A DNA stretch of 64,000 nt from Dehalococcoidia bacterium (GTDB taxonomy: Bacteria; Chloroflexota; Dehalococcoidia; Lucifugimonadales; UBA3495), in NCBI GenBank assembly GCA_965219395.1, contig CBDCNN010000001.1:720318-784317 (forward strand), given 5' to 3'. This document shows, piece after piece, positions 1 to 11,700 of the stretch; the first letter of the stretch is position 1, and each line of letters starts with the position of its first letter. The translations under genes were made by a program, and so were the position numbers. The notes under the pieces are model-generated. The model was not told where the DNA came from. It made no database searches and saw only the letters and a program-made list of their open reading frames with translations.

Positions 1-2580
1 GAGATGCTGGCCGACCCGGATTTCCAGAGCGATTTCGACACCCAAGAGAAGGAACTGAAGAAGCTGCGCAAGAAGATCAAGAAGGGGGAGACGCCCGAGT
101 GGATCATCGAGGCGCTGGAGGATATGCACGCCACCTACCCCGATGGGCAGTCGCTGCGCTACCGGTCCAGCACCAACAACGAGGACCTGCCCGGCTTCAG
201 TGGCGCGGGGCTATACGACTCCAAGACCCAGGACCCGGAGGAGACCGAGGAGGACGGCATCGACAAGTCCATCAAGGGAGTCTGGGCGAGCCTGTGGAAC
301 TTCCGGGCCTTCACCGAGCGCGAGTTCCACCGCATAGAGCACTTGACGGCGGCGATGGGGGTGCTGGTGCATCCCAACTACTCCGACGAGTTGGCCAACG
401 GCGTCGCCGTCAGCTTCGATCCCTTCGGCCGCGGGGACGGGAGCTACTACGTCAACACGCAGTTGGGCGAGGACCTGGTCACCAATCCTGAGGCGCACTC
501 GGTGCCTGAGGAAATGCTGTTGCACCCTGACGGCACATACACCGTTACCGCGCGCTCCGATCAGGTTCCCGCGGGACAACTCCTCATGAGCGACGCCCAA
601 TTGGGTCAGTTGCGCCGTCATCTCGAAGCAATCCATGACGAGTTCGAGGAACTGTACGGCATCGGATCCGGCCAAGAGTTCGCCATGGAGATCGAGTTCA
701 AGATCACCAGCGAAAATATTCTGTCGATCAAGCAGGCCCGGCCCTGGGTCTTCAGCTCCAGCCAGGTAGCGAGCGGCGCAGAAGGGGCGCCACCCGAACA
801 CTCTAACCGCCTTGCCACCGGCGCCCCCGCCATCAATGGATCTGCCCGGGTCGGTGAGACGTTAACCGTGGACATTGCCAGCATTGCCGACCCGGACGGG
901 CTGGAAAACGTCGCCTTCGCCTACCAGTGGCAGGCCGACGACGCAGACATCAACGGAGCCACCGGCGCGACCTACACCCTGACCGATAGCGAAGAAAGCA
1001 AGACAGTCAAGGTGCAGGTGAGCTTCACCGACGACGCCGATAACGAGGAGACGCTGACCAGCGAGGCCACGGACGCGGTGGCGGCGGCGCCCCAGACCAA
1101 TTCTCCCGCCACCGGCGCGCCGGACATCAGCGGAACGGTGCAGGTGGGCGAGACGCTGACGGCGGACACCTCGGGCATCGCCGACGCGGACGGACTTAGC
1201 AACGTCCAGTACGAATACCAGTGGCTTGCCGACGACGCCGACATATCGGGAGCGACCAACGCCACTTACACCCTGGTCGACGAAGACGCAGGCAAGGCCA
1301 TCAAGGTGCAGGTCGGCTTCACCGACGACGAGAGCAACGAGGAGTCACTGACCAGCGCGGCAACCGACGCGGTTGCGGCAGCGCCCACGCCCAACAGCCC
1401 TGCCACGGGAGCGCCCACGATCAGCGGGACCGCCCAGGTAGGCGAGACGCTGACGGCGAACACATCTGGGATCGCCGACGCCGACGGGCTTAGCAGCATC
1501 CAGTACGAGTACCAGTGGCTGGCCGACGCCGCCGACATATCGGGAGCGACCAACGCCACCTACACCTTGGTAGCTGACGACGAGGGCAAGGCCATCAAGG
1601 TGCGGCTGAGCTTCACCGACGACGCGGGCAACGGTGAGACGCTGACCAGCGCGGCCACGGACGCTGTGGCAGCAGAGCCCCAGACCAATTCTCCCGCCAC
1701 CGGCGCGCCGGACATCAGCGGAACGGTGCAGGTGGGCGAGACGCTGACGGCGGACACGTCGGGCATCGCCGACGCGGACGGGCTTAGCAGCGTGGAGTAC
1801 GACTACCAGTGGCTTGCCGACGACTCCGACATATCGGGAGCGACCAATGCCACCTACACCCTGACCGACACCGACGAGGGCAAGGCCATCAAGGTGGAGG
1901 TCACCTTCACGGACGACGCGGGCAACGGTGAGGCTCTGACCAGCGCGGCCACGGATGCGGTGGCGATGGCGGAACCCTCGGAGCCGCCCGACAAGCCCAA
2001 GGGCCTCGAAGCCGCGGCGTCCCACGGCCAGGTGGTCCTCACCTGGAATGACCCCGGCGACGACAGCATCACCGGCTACGTGATCCTGCGCCGCGTCCGC
2101 GTCAACGATCAAGGCGGCGACTTCAGTGTATTGGTGGCGAGCACGGGCAGCGCCGCCACCATCTACACCGACAACGAGGTGGCGGCCAGCACCACCTACA
2201 CCTACCGCATCAAGGCCATCAACGAGCACGGGGTGAGCGAGCGGTCCCGCTGGGTCCACATCGACACCCCGGCGCCGCCCGTACCCGACAAGCCCACGGG
2301 CCTGGAAGCCACGGCGTCCAACGGTCAGGTCGTCCTCACCTGGAAGGACCCCAATGACGACAGCATTACCGGCTATGTGATCCTGCGGCGCCTTCCCGGG
2401 GTCGACCCGGAGGGCCAGTTCGATGAACTGGTGGCGAACACGGGTACGGCGGCCACCACCTACACCGACAGCAGCGTGTCGGCTGAGAATCGCTACACCT
2501 ATCGGATCAAGGCCATCAACGAGCACGGGGTGAGCGAGCGGTCCCGCTGGTACCACATCGACACCCCAGCGGCCCCGTAG
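1..2580 (+). CDS. 5'-partial large repeat protein: PEP/pyruvate-binding (PPDK_N-type ATP-grasp) domain + 4 x ~97-aa repeats + 2 FN3-like modules
   Basis: Frame is open from the window edge to TAG at 2578-2580. 'RYRSSTNNEDLPGFSGAGLYDS', 'VWASLWNFRAFTEREFH' and 'ANGVAVSFDPF' resemble the nucleotide-binding domain of PEP synthase / PPDK / rifampicin phosphotransferase. Four repeats follow: 'NSPATGAP.ISGT.QVGETLTADTSGIADADGL..V.Y.YQWLADD.DISGATNATYTL...DEGKAIKV.V.FTDDAGN.E.LTSAATDAVA'. Then come 2 x 'P.KP.GLEA...VVLTW.DP.DDSITGYVILRR...YTYRIKAINEHGVSERS'. Confidence 0.85.
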   Translation, partial: EMLADPDFQSDFDTQEKELKKLRKKIKKGETPEWIIEALEDMHATYPDGQSLRYRSSTNNEDLPGFSGAGLYDSKTQDPEETEEDGIDKSIKGVWASLWNFRAFTEREFHRIEHLTAAMGVLVHPNYSDELANGVAVSFDPFGRGDGSYYVNTQLGEDLVTNPEAHSVPEEMLLHPDGTYTVTARSDQVPAGQLLMSDAQLGQLRRHLEAIHDEFEELYGIGSGQEFAMEIEFKITSENILSIKQARPWVFSSSQVASGAEGAPPEHSNRLATGAPAINGSARVGETLTVDIASIADPDGLENVAFAYQWQADDADINGATGATYTLTDSEESKTVKVQVSFTDDADNEETLTSEATDAVAAAPQTNSPATGAPDISGTVQVGETLTADTSGIADADGLSNVQYEYQWLADDADISGATNATYTLVDEDAGKAIKVQVGFTDDESNEESLTSAATDAVAAAPTPNSPATGAPTISGTAQVGETLTANTSGIADADGLSSIQYEYQWLADAADISGATNATYTLVADDEGKAIKVRLSFTDDAGNGETLTSAATDAVAAEPQTNSPATGAPDISGTVQVGETLTADTSGIADADGLSSVEYDYQWLADDSDISGATNATYTLTDTDEGKAIKVEVTFTDDAGNGEALTSAATDAVAMAEPSEPPDKPKGLEAAASHGQVVLTWNDPGDDSITGYVILRRVRVNDQGGDFSVLVASTGSAATIYTDNEVAASTTYTYRIKAINEHGVSERSRWVHIDTPAPPVPDKPTGLEATASNGQVVLTWKDPNDDSITGYVILRRLPGVDPEGQFDELVANTGTAATTYTDSSVSAENRYTYRIKAINEHGVSERSRWYHIDTPAAP
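799..1975 (+). repeat. Coding tandem repeat, 4 copies, period ~291-297 bp
   Basis: Each of the four successive units begins with (N)SPATGAP / NRLATGAP and ends with TDAVAA. Confidence 0.9.
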
Positions 2581-2740
2581 CGGTATCGAGGACTGTGCCG
2601 CCGAGAAGCCATCTGCACCAGAGACGGCCGGCGGTTGTCCAACCCGCTGGATCTAACCGTATCGGGTCCAGCCCAGTAGGACCTGAGTGGATGCGTCTGT
2701 GCCGGGCTAGCGGACCAATGACAAAAGGAGTTCGAGCACT

Positions 2741-5700
2741 ATGACCAACGGACTGTCTCCCGCCGGCCTGATTGCCCGGAGCGCGGCTTTTGCCCGCTCC
2801 CTGGCCCCACGAAAACCCTTCCCCTTCCGGCAACGACGGGGTGGCGTGAGGAGCGCCCTCAAGCCGGCTTCCCTGTTGCTGGCGGCGGCAGTCCTGCTGG
2901 TGTTCATTGCCGTGGATGCCGCATCCAGTCCGGTGCAGGCCCAGGACGCCACGATAACCTCCCTGCTGTCCCGGCTGGACGTCAGGGTTGTGTCCTCCGG
3001 CGCCACAACTCAGAGTGCGGGCTATGACGCGTCCAATTCCCAGGGAAGCCTGAGTCCAGCGGGATTCAACTACCCGGCTGGGTTCGGTCCCTGGTATATG
3101 GTTGAGGCGCTTGCAGTTAACCAGGGGACGACCGGCAATCCGACATCGGTTGTCATATCGGTGCGCGGCACCGTGACTTCGGTTGCGAGTTCCGGCACGC
3201 ACCGGGCGCACGTTCTGCCATCGGGCGCCAGCATTACGCTTCACCTCGAGGGAGAAAACTTTTCCAAGTCTTACTCCCTGAAGAATCCGAATGAGAGAAC
3301 AGTTACCAAGTGTGCCGACGTAGACGAAGAAGGAAACGAAACGGAGAGGCATTGCAGGGTAGGGGAGACTACCACAGAGGAATACGATTGGACCACCAGC
3401 CTGCCGCCGCGGCTTGCCAACGGCGACAAGGTCATCGTCCGCCTGAGGTACAAGGCGCCGCGGCCGGCCAAGCCGGGGACGCCCACGGTTACGGTGCCGA
3501 CGGGCAAGTCCGGGGCGCTGGTGGTGGAGTGGACCGTGCCAATGATCGACGACCCCGACTCGACGGACGATAGCGACGTGATCCCCGATCCGAAGGTGCG
3601 CGGCTACGAGGTACATCTGTCCCCTGCCGCCGGCGAGACGGAGGCCAGCGGGGTGACCAAGACCACGGGCGGCTCGACCACGCGCCTGCCGGTGCTGCTG
3701 CTGGATCCGGACACCGCCTACGACGTGAGAGTGCGGGCGCGCACATACCTTGCCTCGGGCCCCTGGTCGGAAACCGCGACGGCCACGACCAATGCACTTC
3801 AAGGCGCCAACAACCCTCAGGTTGAGCTGGACCTCAACGACGTGACGGAGGTCAAGCAGGGCGACAGTCTGCCCCTGCGGCTCAAGGTGACGAGCATGCC
3901 AAACCTGCACGCCGGCGCGTTCGACATGTACCTTGGTGAACGAATTGACAACTATGACGTGGAGTTCCGGGTGCTGGGCGGCATTGCGGAATGGTACGAA
4001 TACGAAGACGGCGGCGGCGGCTGCGGAGGGGGCGCGTTCTACGGCGGCGGCCTGACCATCGGCGAGGACGGTGAGGTTTACCACGACTTCGGTTCACTGA
4101 TGGTTCCCGATAACAAGTCGGATTATGGGCCGCTGTACATCTGGCTCGGCTCCGGGTGCGGGACCCAGCCCCATAGTCAGTTCAGTATCGGCAGCACCGC
4201 CAATTCCCGCGCAACGGCGCTGTGCGTGGAGATCGCCGACGACTCGAACACGGTCCCGACGGGCCGTGCCTGCTCCACGGAGGGGTCCGCGGGCCACGCT
4301 GTGGACCGGCTGACGGGCCGCTTCGTGAACGTTCCCAAGTCCCACGACGGTGAGAGCGAGTTCACTCTCCGGCTGGCCTTCGTCAAGGACGTGGGCATCA
4401 GCCCAACCTCGCTGCTTGAGGACGCGCTCGCGGCGACCGGGGGCGCGGTGACGCAAGTGCAGCGGGTGGACGACCGCAGCGACCTGTTCGAGATCACGGT
4501 GGAGCCGGACTCCGACGAGGACGTGACGATCACGCTGTCGTCGAGTGGAGACTGCGGCGAGGCCGGGTCAATCTGCACCCGGGAGGAGGACCCCAGGAAG
4601 CTGGACAACAGCCCGACGGCGACGGTGGCGGGTCCCATCCTGACGGCGAACTTCCAGGGCCTGCCGTCGCAGCACGACGGGGAGACGGCGTTCAGATTCA
4701 GGATCGCGTTCAGCGACGAGATAGCGACCGATGCAGCGGAGTTCCGGGACCACAGCGTGGAGGTGTGGGGAGGCGAGGTGACGCGGGCCGAGCCGGTGGG
4801 CCAGCGGCGCGACCTCTGGGAAGTCGAGGTCGAGCCGGCCTCGGACGACATGGTGATGGTCTCGCTCAAGCTGACGCAATCCTGCGCTGCGACGGGCGCG
4901 GTGTGCACGGCGGGCGGGCGGCTCCTGTCGGTGGTCCCCGCAACGATGGTGCCGGGCCCGGCGACGTGGCCGGTGCAGATCACCGGCGAGGCGCGGGTGG
5001 GGAAGACCCTGACCGCGGACTCGTCGAACCTCTCCGAGCGGTACGGCGTGCAGGTCACCTCCATGACCTACCGGTGGCTGGCCGATGGCGCCCGCGTACC
5101 GGGCGCCATCGGCCGGACCTACCAGCCGGACGACGACCAGCAGGGCAAGAGAATCAGCGTGATGGCGACCTACACCGACGACCGGGGCAACGAGGAGACG
5201 GTGACCAGCGGGCCCACGGAGCCGCTGGCGGCCAGGGAACGCATCAGGCGGGCCACGGGCCTGCCGCTGATCAGCGGCAGGGCGCTGGTGGGGCATACGC
5301 TGACGGCGGACACGTCGCTGATCATCGACGCCAACGGCCTGGAGAATGCCGTCTTCCACTACTTCTGGGAGGCGGACGACGACAGCATCCCGGATGCGAC
5401 CGACCCTACGTACACGCCGGTGGAAGCCGACGTGGGCAAGGAAATCACTTTCATAGTGGCTTGGGTTGACGACGCTGGTCACGGACAGAACATGACCAGC
5501 CAGCCGACGATGCCGGTGATGACGGCGGAGGCCGCGGCGGCGGTGGAGTTCCGCAAGAGTCTCAGGGTCGCGGCGAATGCCGACGGGTCGGTGACCCTGT
5601 ACTGGAACGCGCCCGACGACGAGGTGACCGGTTACCGGATATTGCGCCACCGCCATTCGCTGGGCGAGCTCGACCCGCTGGTGTACGTGGCGGACACGGG

Positions 5701-8700
5701 CAGCACGGCGACCGCCTACACCGACACCGGTATGGTTGCGGGCGTGCCGCACAACTACCGCGTACAGGCCATCAGGGACGGGGTGCTGGGCGAACGGACC
5801 ATACAGATCAAAATCTTCCCGGTGAGGAAGGCAACCAACAGCCCGGCCACCGGCGCGCCTGCCATCAGCGGAACGGCGCAGGTGGGGGAGACGCTGACGG
5901 CGGACATCTCCGGCATCGCCGACGCGGACGGGCTGGAGAACGTGACCAAGAACTACCTGTGGGCGGCAATCGGCAGCAGCGGCAAAATCGGCTCCAAGTA
6001 TGCCTACCAGTGGCTGGCCGACGGCGCCGGTAGCGGTTCGGGCGACCACCATGCAGGCTACAACAATACGACCTATACCCTGACGGAAGACGACGTGGGT
6101 AAGGCCATGAGCGTGCGGGTGACTTTCGTTGACGACGCGGGCTACCAGGAGACGCTCACCAGCGCGGCCACGGACGCGGTGGCGCCATTGCCCCAGCCCA
6201 ACAGCCCGGCCAGGGGCGCGCCAACCATCGGCGGGACGGCGCAGGTGGGCGAGACGCTGACCGTGGACACGTCGGGCATCACCGACGAGGACGGGCTGGA
6301 CGATTCCACCTTCACCCACCAGTGGGTAAGGGAGGATTCAGTCATGGTCGCCAGCGCTGCCAGGTCCTACACCCCGACCGACGGCGACCGGGGCAAGTCC
6401 GTCAAGGTCCGGGTGTCATTCACCGACGACGCGGGCAACCGGGAGACCCGCACCAGCACACAGACGGCGACGGTGGAGGGCCAAGCCAATGGTCAAGAAG
6501 GGAACTCCCCCGCGACCGGTCTGCCGACCATCAGCGGCACAGCGCAGGTGGGCGAGACGCTGACGGCGGGCATCACCGGCATTGCCGACGCCGACGGTCT
6601 GAGCGGCGAAACGTTCACCTACCAGTGGGTATCCGGCGACGGAACAACCGATACGGATATGGAGAACGCGACCGGCTCGACCTACACCCTCGCAGCCGCC
6701 GACCAAGGCAGGTTCGTAAAGGTCAGAGTGACCTTCACCGACGAGGGCGGCAACGAGGAGACCCTGACCAGCGCGCCCACGGCTCCCGTGTGGGGCGACG
6801 GCCCGCCGGGAGCGCCCCGCAACCTCGCCGCCACCCCAGGAAACAAGGAGGTCACCCTGTCCTGGGAGCCGCCCGACGACAACGGCAACGCGCCCGCAAC
6901 GGGATACCGCATCGAGTGGAGGGTCGACGGCAAGGACTACGACAAGAACATTTGGGGCACAGCGCGAAGTACCAGCTATACGACGAACGACCAGGCCAAT
7001 CTGGCCAATGGAGTCAAGTACTTCTTCCGGGTAAGGGCCGGGAACGGCAGGGGCTACAGCTACGGACCGGCCTCCGGGGAGGTGAGCGCCACTCCCACCT
7101 CCGGCTCGGCGGTGGACCTGGGCACGCCGGTGCTGTCGAACACGGAGAACCTGCACCACGGCATGGTGCAGTTGGACTGGGAGGACGTAGAGGACGCCGG
7201 CTGGTACGTGGTCCAGTACTACCACCTCGACGGGGGCGGCGGGGAGTGGGTGGACCTGCCCGCCGCCGGAGTGGACATCGCGTTCCACGGATCGAGCGCG
7301 GTGGTGAGCAACCTGCATGGGCTCTCGTGGCTGAGGGTTCGAGCGATGAGCTGCGCGGGGGAATCGGAGTGGTCGCAGATCGAGCAGTCGTTCGGGACCA
7401 ACGCATCGGACTGGGAGGGAGTGCCCGTACCCGAGGTGGCGGAGGGCGACGAGATCGAGCCATGCCCCGTGGTCCTGGGCACTCCGGTGCTGTCGGACAC
7501 GGAGACCCTGCATCACGGCATGGTGCAGCTGGACTGGGAGGACATAGAGGACGCCGGTTGGTACGTGGTCCAGTACTACCACGTCGACGGGGGCAGCGGG
7601 GAGTGGCTGGACCTGCCCGCCGCCGGAGTGGACATCGCGTTCCACGGTTCCAGCGCAGTGGTGAGCAACCTGCATGGGCTCTCGTGGCTGAGGGTTCGAG
7701 CGATGAGCTGCGCGGGGGAATCGGAGTGGTCGCAGATCGAGCAGTCGTTCGGGACCAACGCATCGGACTGGGAGGGAGTGCCCGTACCCGAGGTGGCGGA
7801 GGGCGACGAGATCGAGCCATGCTCAGAAGACGCGGACACGCCGGACAACAGCCCGGCGACGGGCGCGCCCACCATCAGTGGCACGGCGCGGGTGGAAGAG
7901 ACGCTGGAAGCGGACACGTCTGGGGTCGCCGACGCCGACGGGCTTAGCAACGTCCAGTATGAGTACCAGTGGCTTGCCAACGACTCCGCCATATCAGGAG
8001 CGACCAACGCCACGTATAGCCTGGCAGCAGCCGACGAGGGCTATGCCATCAAGGTGCAGGTGAGCTTCACCGACGACGCGGGCAACGAAGAGACGTTGAC
8101 CAGCGCGGCCACGGATGTGGTGGCAGCAGAGCCCCAGACCAATTCTCCCGCCACCGGAGCGCCAACCATCATCGGCACGGCGCAGGTGGGCGAGACGTTG
8201 ACGGCTGACACGTCGGACATCGCCGACGATGACGGGCTAAACAACGTCCAGTACGAGTACCAGTGGCTGGCCGACGACTCCGACATCGCAGGCGCCACTG
8301 GCTCGACCTACACCGTGGCCGACACCGACGAGGGCAAGGCCATCAAGGTGGAAGTCACCTTCATCGACGACTCCGGCAATGATGAGTCACTGACCAGCGC
8401 GGCCACGGACGCTGTGGCAGCAGCGCCCACGCCCAACAGCCCGGCCACCGGAGCGCCAACCATCACCGGCACAGTCCAGGTGGGGGACACGTTGACGGCG
8501 GATATGTCGGAGGTCGCCGACGCGGACGGGCTTAGCAACGTCCAATACGAGTACCAGTGGCTTTCGGACGACTCCGACATCGCGGGCACCACTGGCTCGA
8601 CCTACACTTTGGCCGACACCGACGAGGGCAAGGCCATCAAGGTGCGGGTTAGCTTCACCGACGACGCGGGCAATGAGGAGACGCTGACCAGCGCGGCGAC

Positions 8701-11700
8701 GGACGCTGTGGCGGCAGCAGCGCTGCCGCCGCCGCCAGACAACTTGCGTGCGGTTACGCAGAAGAGCGGAGCGGTCGAGTTGACCTGGGATGCGCCGCAA
8801 GACGTCACGGTCATCGGCTACCGCATCGAGCGCCGCCCCGCCAGCGGGGACCACGGCGATCAACAGCGTTCCGCTGGGAGCCCCCGGGACCACCACACCC
8901 TGGTGGAGGACACCGGCAGCGCCGATACCGGTTATACCGATAACACCGCGCAAAAGGGCGTCGGGTACGAGTATCGGGTGAGCGCCCGCAACGAGGCCGG
9001 GGCGGGCGAGGAGTCGGACTGGGTGAACACCGAGGAGGAGGCGGCATCCAACAGCCCGGCCACCGGCACGCCCACCATCAGCGGCACGGCCCAGGTGGGC
9101 AAGATATTGACGGCGGACACGTCGGGTATCGCCGACGAGGACGGTCTTAGCAAGGTCCAGTACGAGTACCAGTGGCTTGCGGACGATGCCGACATATCGG
9201 GAGCGACCAACGCCGCCTACACCTTGGTCGCCGAAGACGAAGGCAAGGCCATTAAGGTGCAGGTCAGCTTCACCGACGACGCGGGCAATGAAGAGACGCT
9301 GACCAGCGCGGCCACGGCTGCTGTGTCGGCGGCAAATACCCCAGCAACGGGCGCTCCCACCATCAGCGGGACCGCCCAGGTGGAGGAAACGCTGACGGCG
9401 AATACATCTGGGGCCGCCGACGTCGACGGGCTTAGCAACGTCCAGTACGAGTACCAATGGCTTGCCAACGACTCCGACATATCAGGAGCGACCAACGCCA
9501 CCTACACCCTGGTGGCTGCCGACGAGGGAAAGGTTATCAAGGCGCAGGTCACCTTCACCGACGACCAGGGCAACGAGGAGTCGCTGACCAGCGCGGGAAC
9601 GGCGGCGGTGTCGGCGGCAAATACCCCAGCAACGGGCGCTCCCACCATCATCGGGACGGCGCAGGTGGGAGAGGCGCTGGCTGTGGACACGTCGGGCATC
9701 GCCGACGCTGACGGTCTTGGCAGCGTCCAGTACGAGTACCAGTGGCTGGCGGACGACTCCGAAATATCGGGAGCGACCAACGCCACATACACCCTTGCCG
9801 ACACCGACGAGGGCAAGGCCATCAAGGTTCGGGTGAGCTTCACCGACGACGCCGAGAACGAGGAGACGTTGACCAGCGGAGCGACGGCTGCTGTGGTGGC
9901 CCGTCCCGACAGTCCGACGACGGGTGCGCCCTCCATCAGCGGGACCGCGCAGGTGGGTGAGACGCTGGCTGTGGACACGTCGGGCATCGCCGACGCCGAC
10001 GGTATCGTGAACGCCACATTCAGCTACCAGTGGTTGGCTGACGACGCTGCAATTGCAGGCGCTACCGGCTACACATACACCCTTTCCGACACCGACGAGG
10101 GCAAGGCCATCAAGGTGCAGGTCAACTTCACTGACGACGAAGGCAACGCTGAGACGCTGACCAGCGCGGCCACAGCTGCGGTCACGGCTGCTCCTCCATC
10201 AATTACTCCGGGCGAGCCCCAGAATCTGGAGCTCACTCCCGTTGCCGTGGGAACAAACGGGGTGGGGATCAAGGTGTTCTGGGACGCGCCATCTGCAACC
10301 GGAGGCTCGGATATTTCAGGGTACAGAATCCAGTGGAAAGGCGGCAGCCAAGACTACCCGGACGATCAGGAAACTCGCCAAGCGTTTGTGGACAATGCAC
10401 CTTACACCATTGACACGTCTTCCCCAACGCCAATCGAAGGTGATGAGTTGACAGTGCGGGTAGCAGCGGTGAGTGGTGCCGGAGCTGGCGTATGGACCGA
10501 GAAGGTAGGGTGGCTCCCAAGCCACACCGATCTTGAACTTTGGCTTCTGATGAAGGAATACGCGGATGAGAAACAGACCACCTTCCCCTGGGTGCTTGAG
10601 ACCTGGAACTACCTAGACCGGTACGAGGTGCCGGTGGAAGTAGGACCAACACCGGGACTTGGAAGCGTCCCTCTTCTTCCGTGCGTTCCCTCGTATACCG
10701 ATGGCGACGATGGCCTGAAAGAGTGTCATGTAGACAAATTTAAAATACTGCAAATTGAGGATCCGAAGCCACGCATAATCATTCATGAGATGGCGCACGC
10801 ATATTCGCTGGCTAATAGGGTAACTGAAGGGCCCGGGCCGTTGGCGATAGCCCATCTCTACTTCGACAGCTTGAATTTGCAGGGGGGCCTCCGTGGTTGC
10901 GAGCCCCGTGAGTTGTACGCCGATGTCTTGACGATGCTGACCCTTGATATCGACGAATCAAGCTATTGGAAGACCTGTAACGGAGATAACGCACAACGTG
11001 AGGCCCAGGCTCTCGACGTCCTACGCAGCGCGGTAGACGGTGAGATGCCGCAATGGTTTGCCGACACTTATACAGACGCGGAGGACGAGCCAGACCTGGA
11101 GCGTCTGTGGACCGATGTGCAGGATTTGCCACGTATAGAGCGGAACGTCGCAGTTTATCAACTTCGCGATGCGTTTGGAGGCTACTGCAACAATAGATTG
11201 ACTTGGAAGTCGATGCAGTACAGCGAAGATAAATTGACCCAGCCGTGGATGGACGGCGGGTGCCCTCCGCCTGAACCATCCAGCTTGGAAGTGACCCCTG
11301 GAGAGGGGGAACTGACTTTGGCCTGGGATGCGCCCGCCAGCGACGGAGATTCTGACGTAGAAGGGTACATAGTGCAATGGAAGTCAGTGTATAAATCCTA
11401 CGACGACTGGGCTACCCGCCGATGGAGAGCGGTACTGGACAGCCCCACGAGCCTTACATACACGATTTCCGGGTTGGGCAATGGTATCGAGTACGACGTT
11501 CGGGTGCGGGCCTACAACGCGATCGGGCCCGGCCAGCCACTTGATGTCGAGAGCGTAACGACCAGCGAACCCGCGATTCCCGCGATCCCTGAGAACACTC
11601 GCCCCACCGGCGTTCCCACCATCACCGGGACCGCCCAGGTGGGCGAGGTACTCACAGTTGACACGTCGGGCATCTCCGATGAAGACGGTATGGAGAGCGC

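Noticed and set aside
1345-6319. Long minus-strand ORFs inside the giant genes (for example 1345..2556, 2516..4084, 4568..6319, and similar ones at 6416..7675, 8387..9457, 12737..13636, 18751..19572)
   Set aside because: They are antisense to uninterrupted 5-10-kb repeat-protein ORFs. Their translations are Arg/Gly/Ala/Pro-rich low-complexity strings typical of off-frame high-GC DNA.
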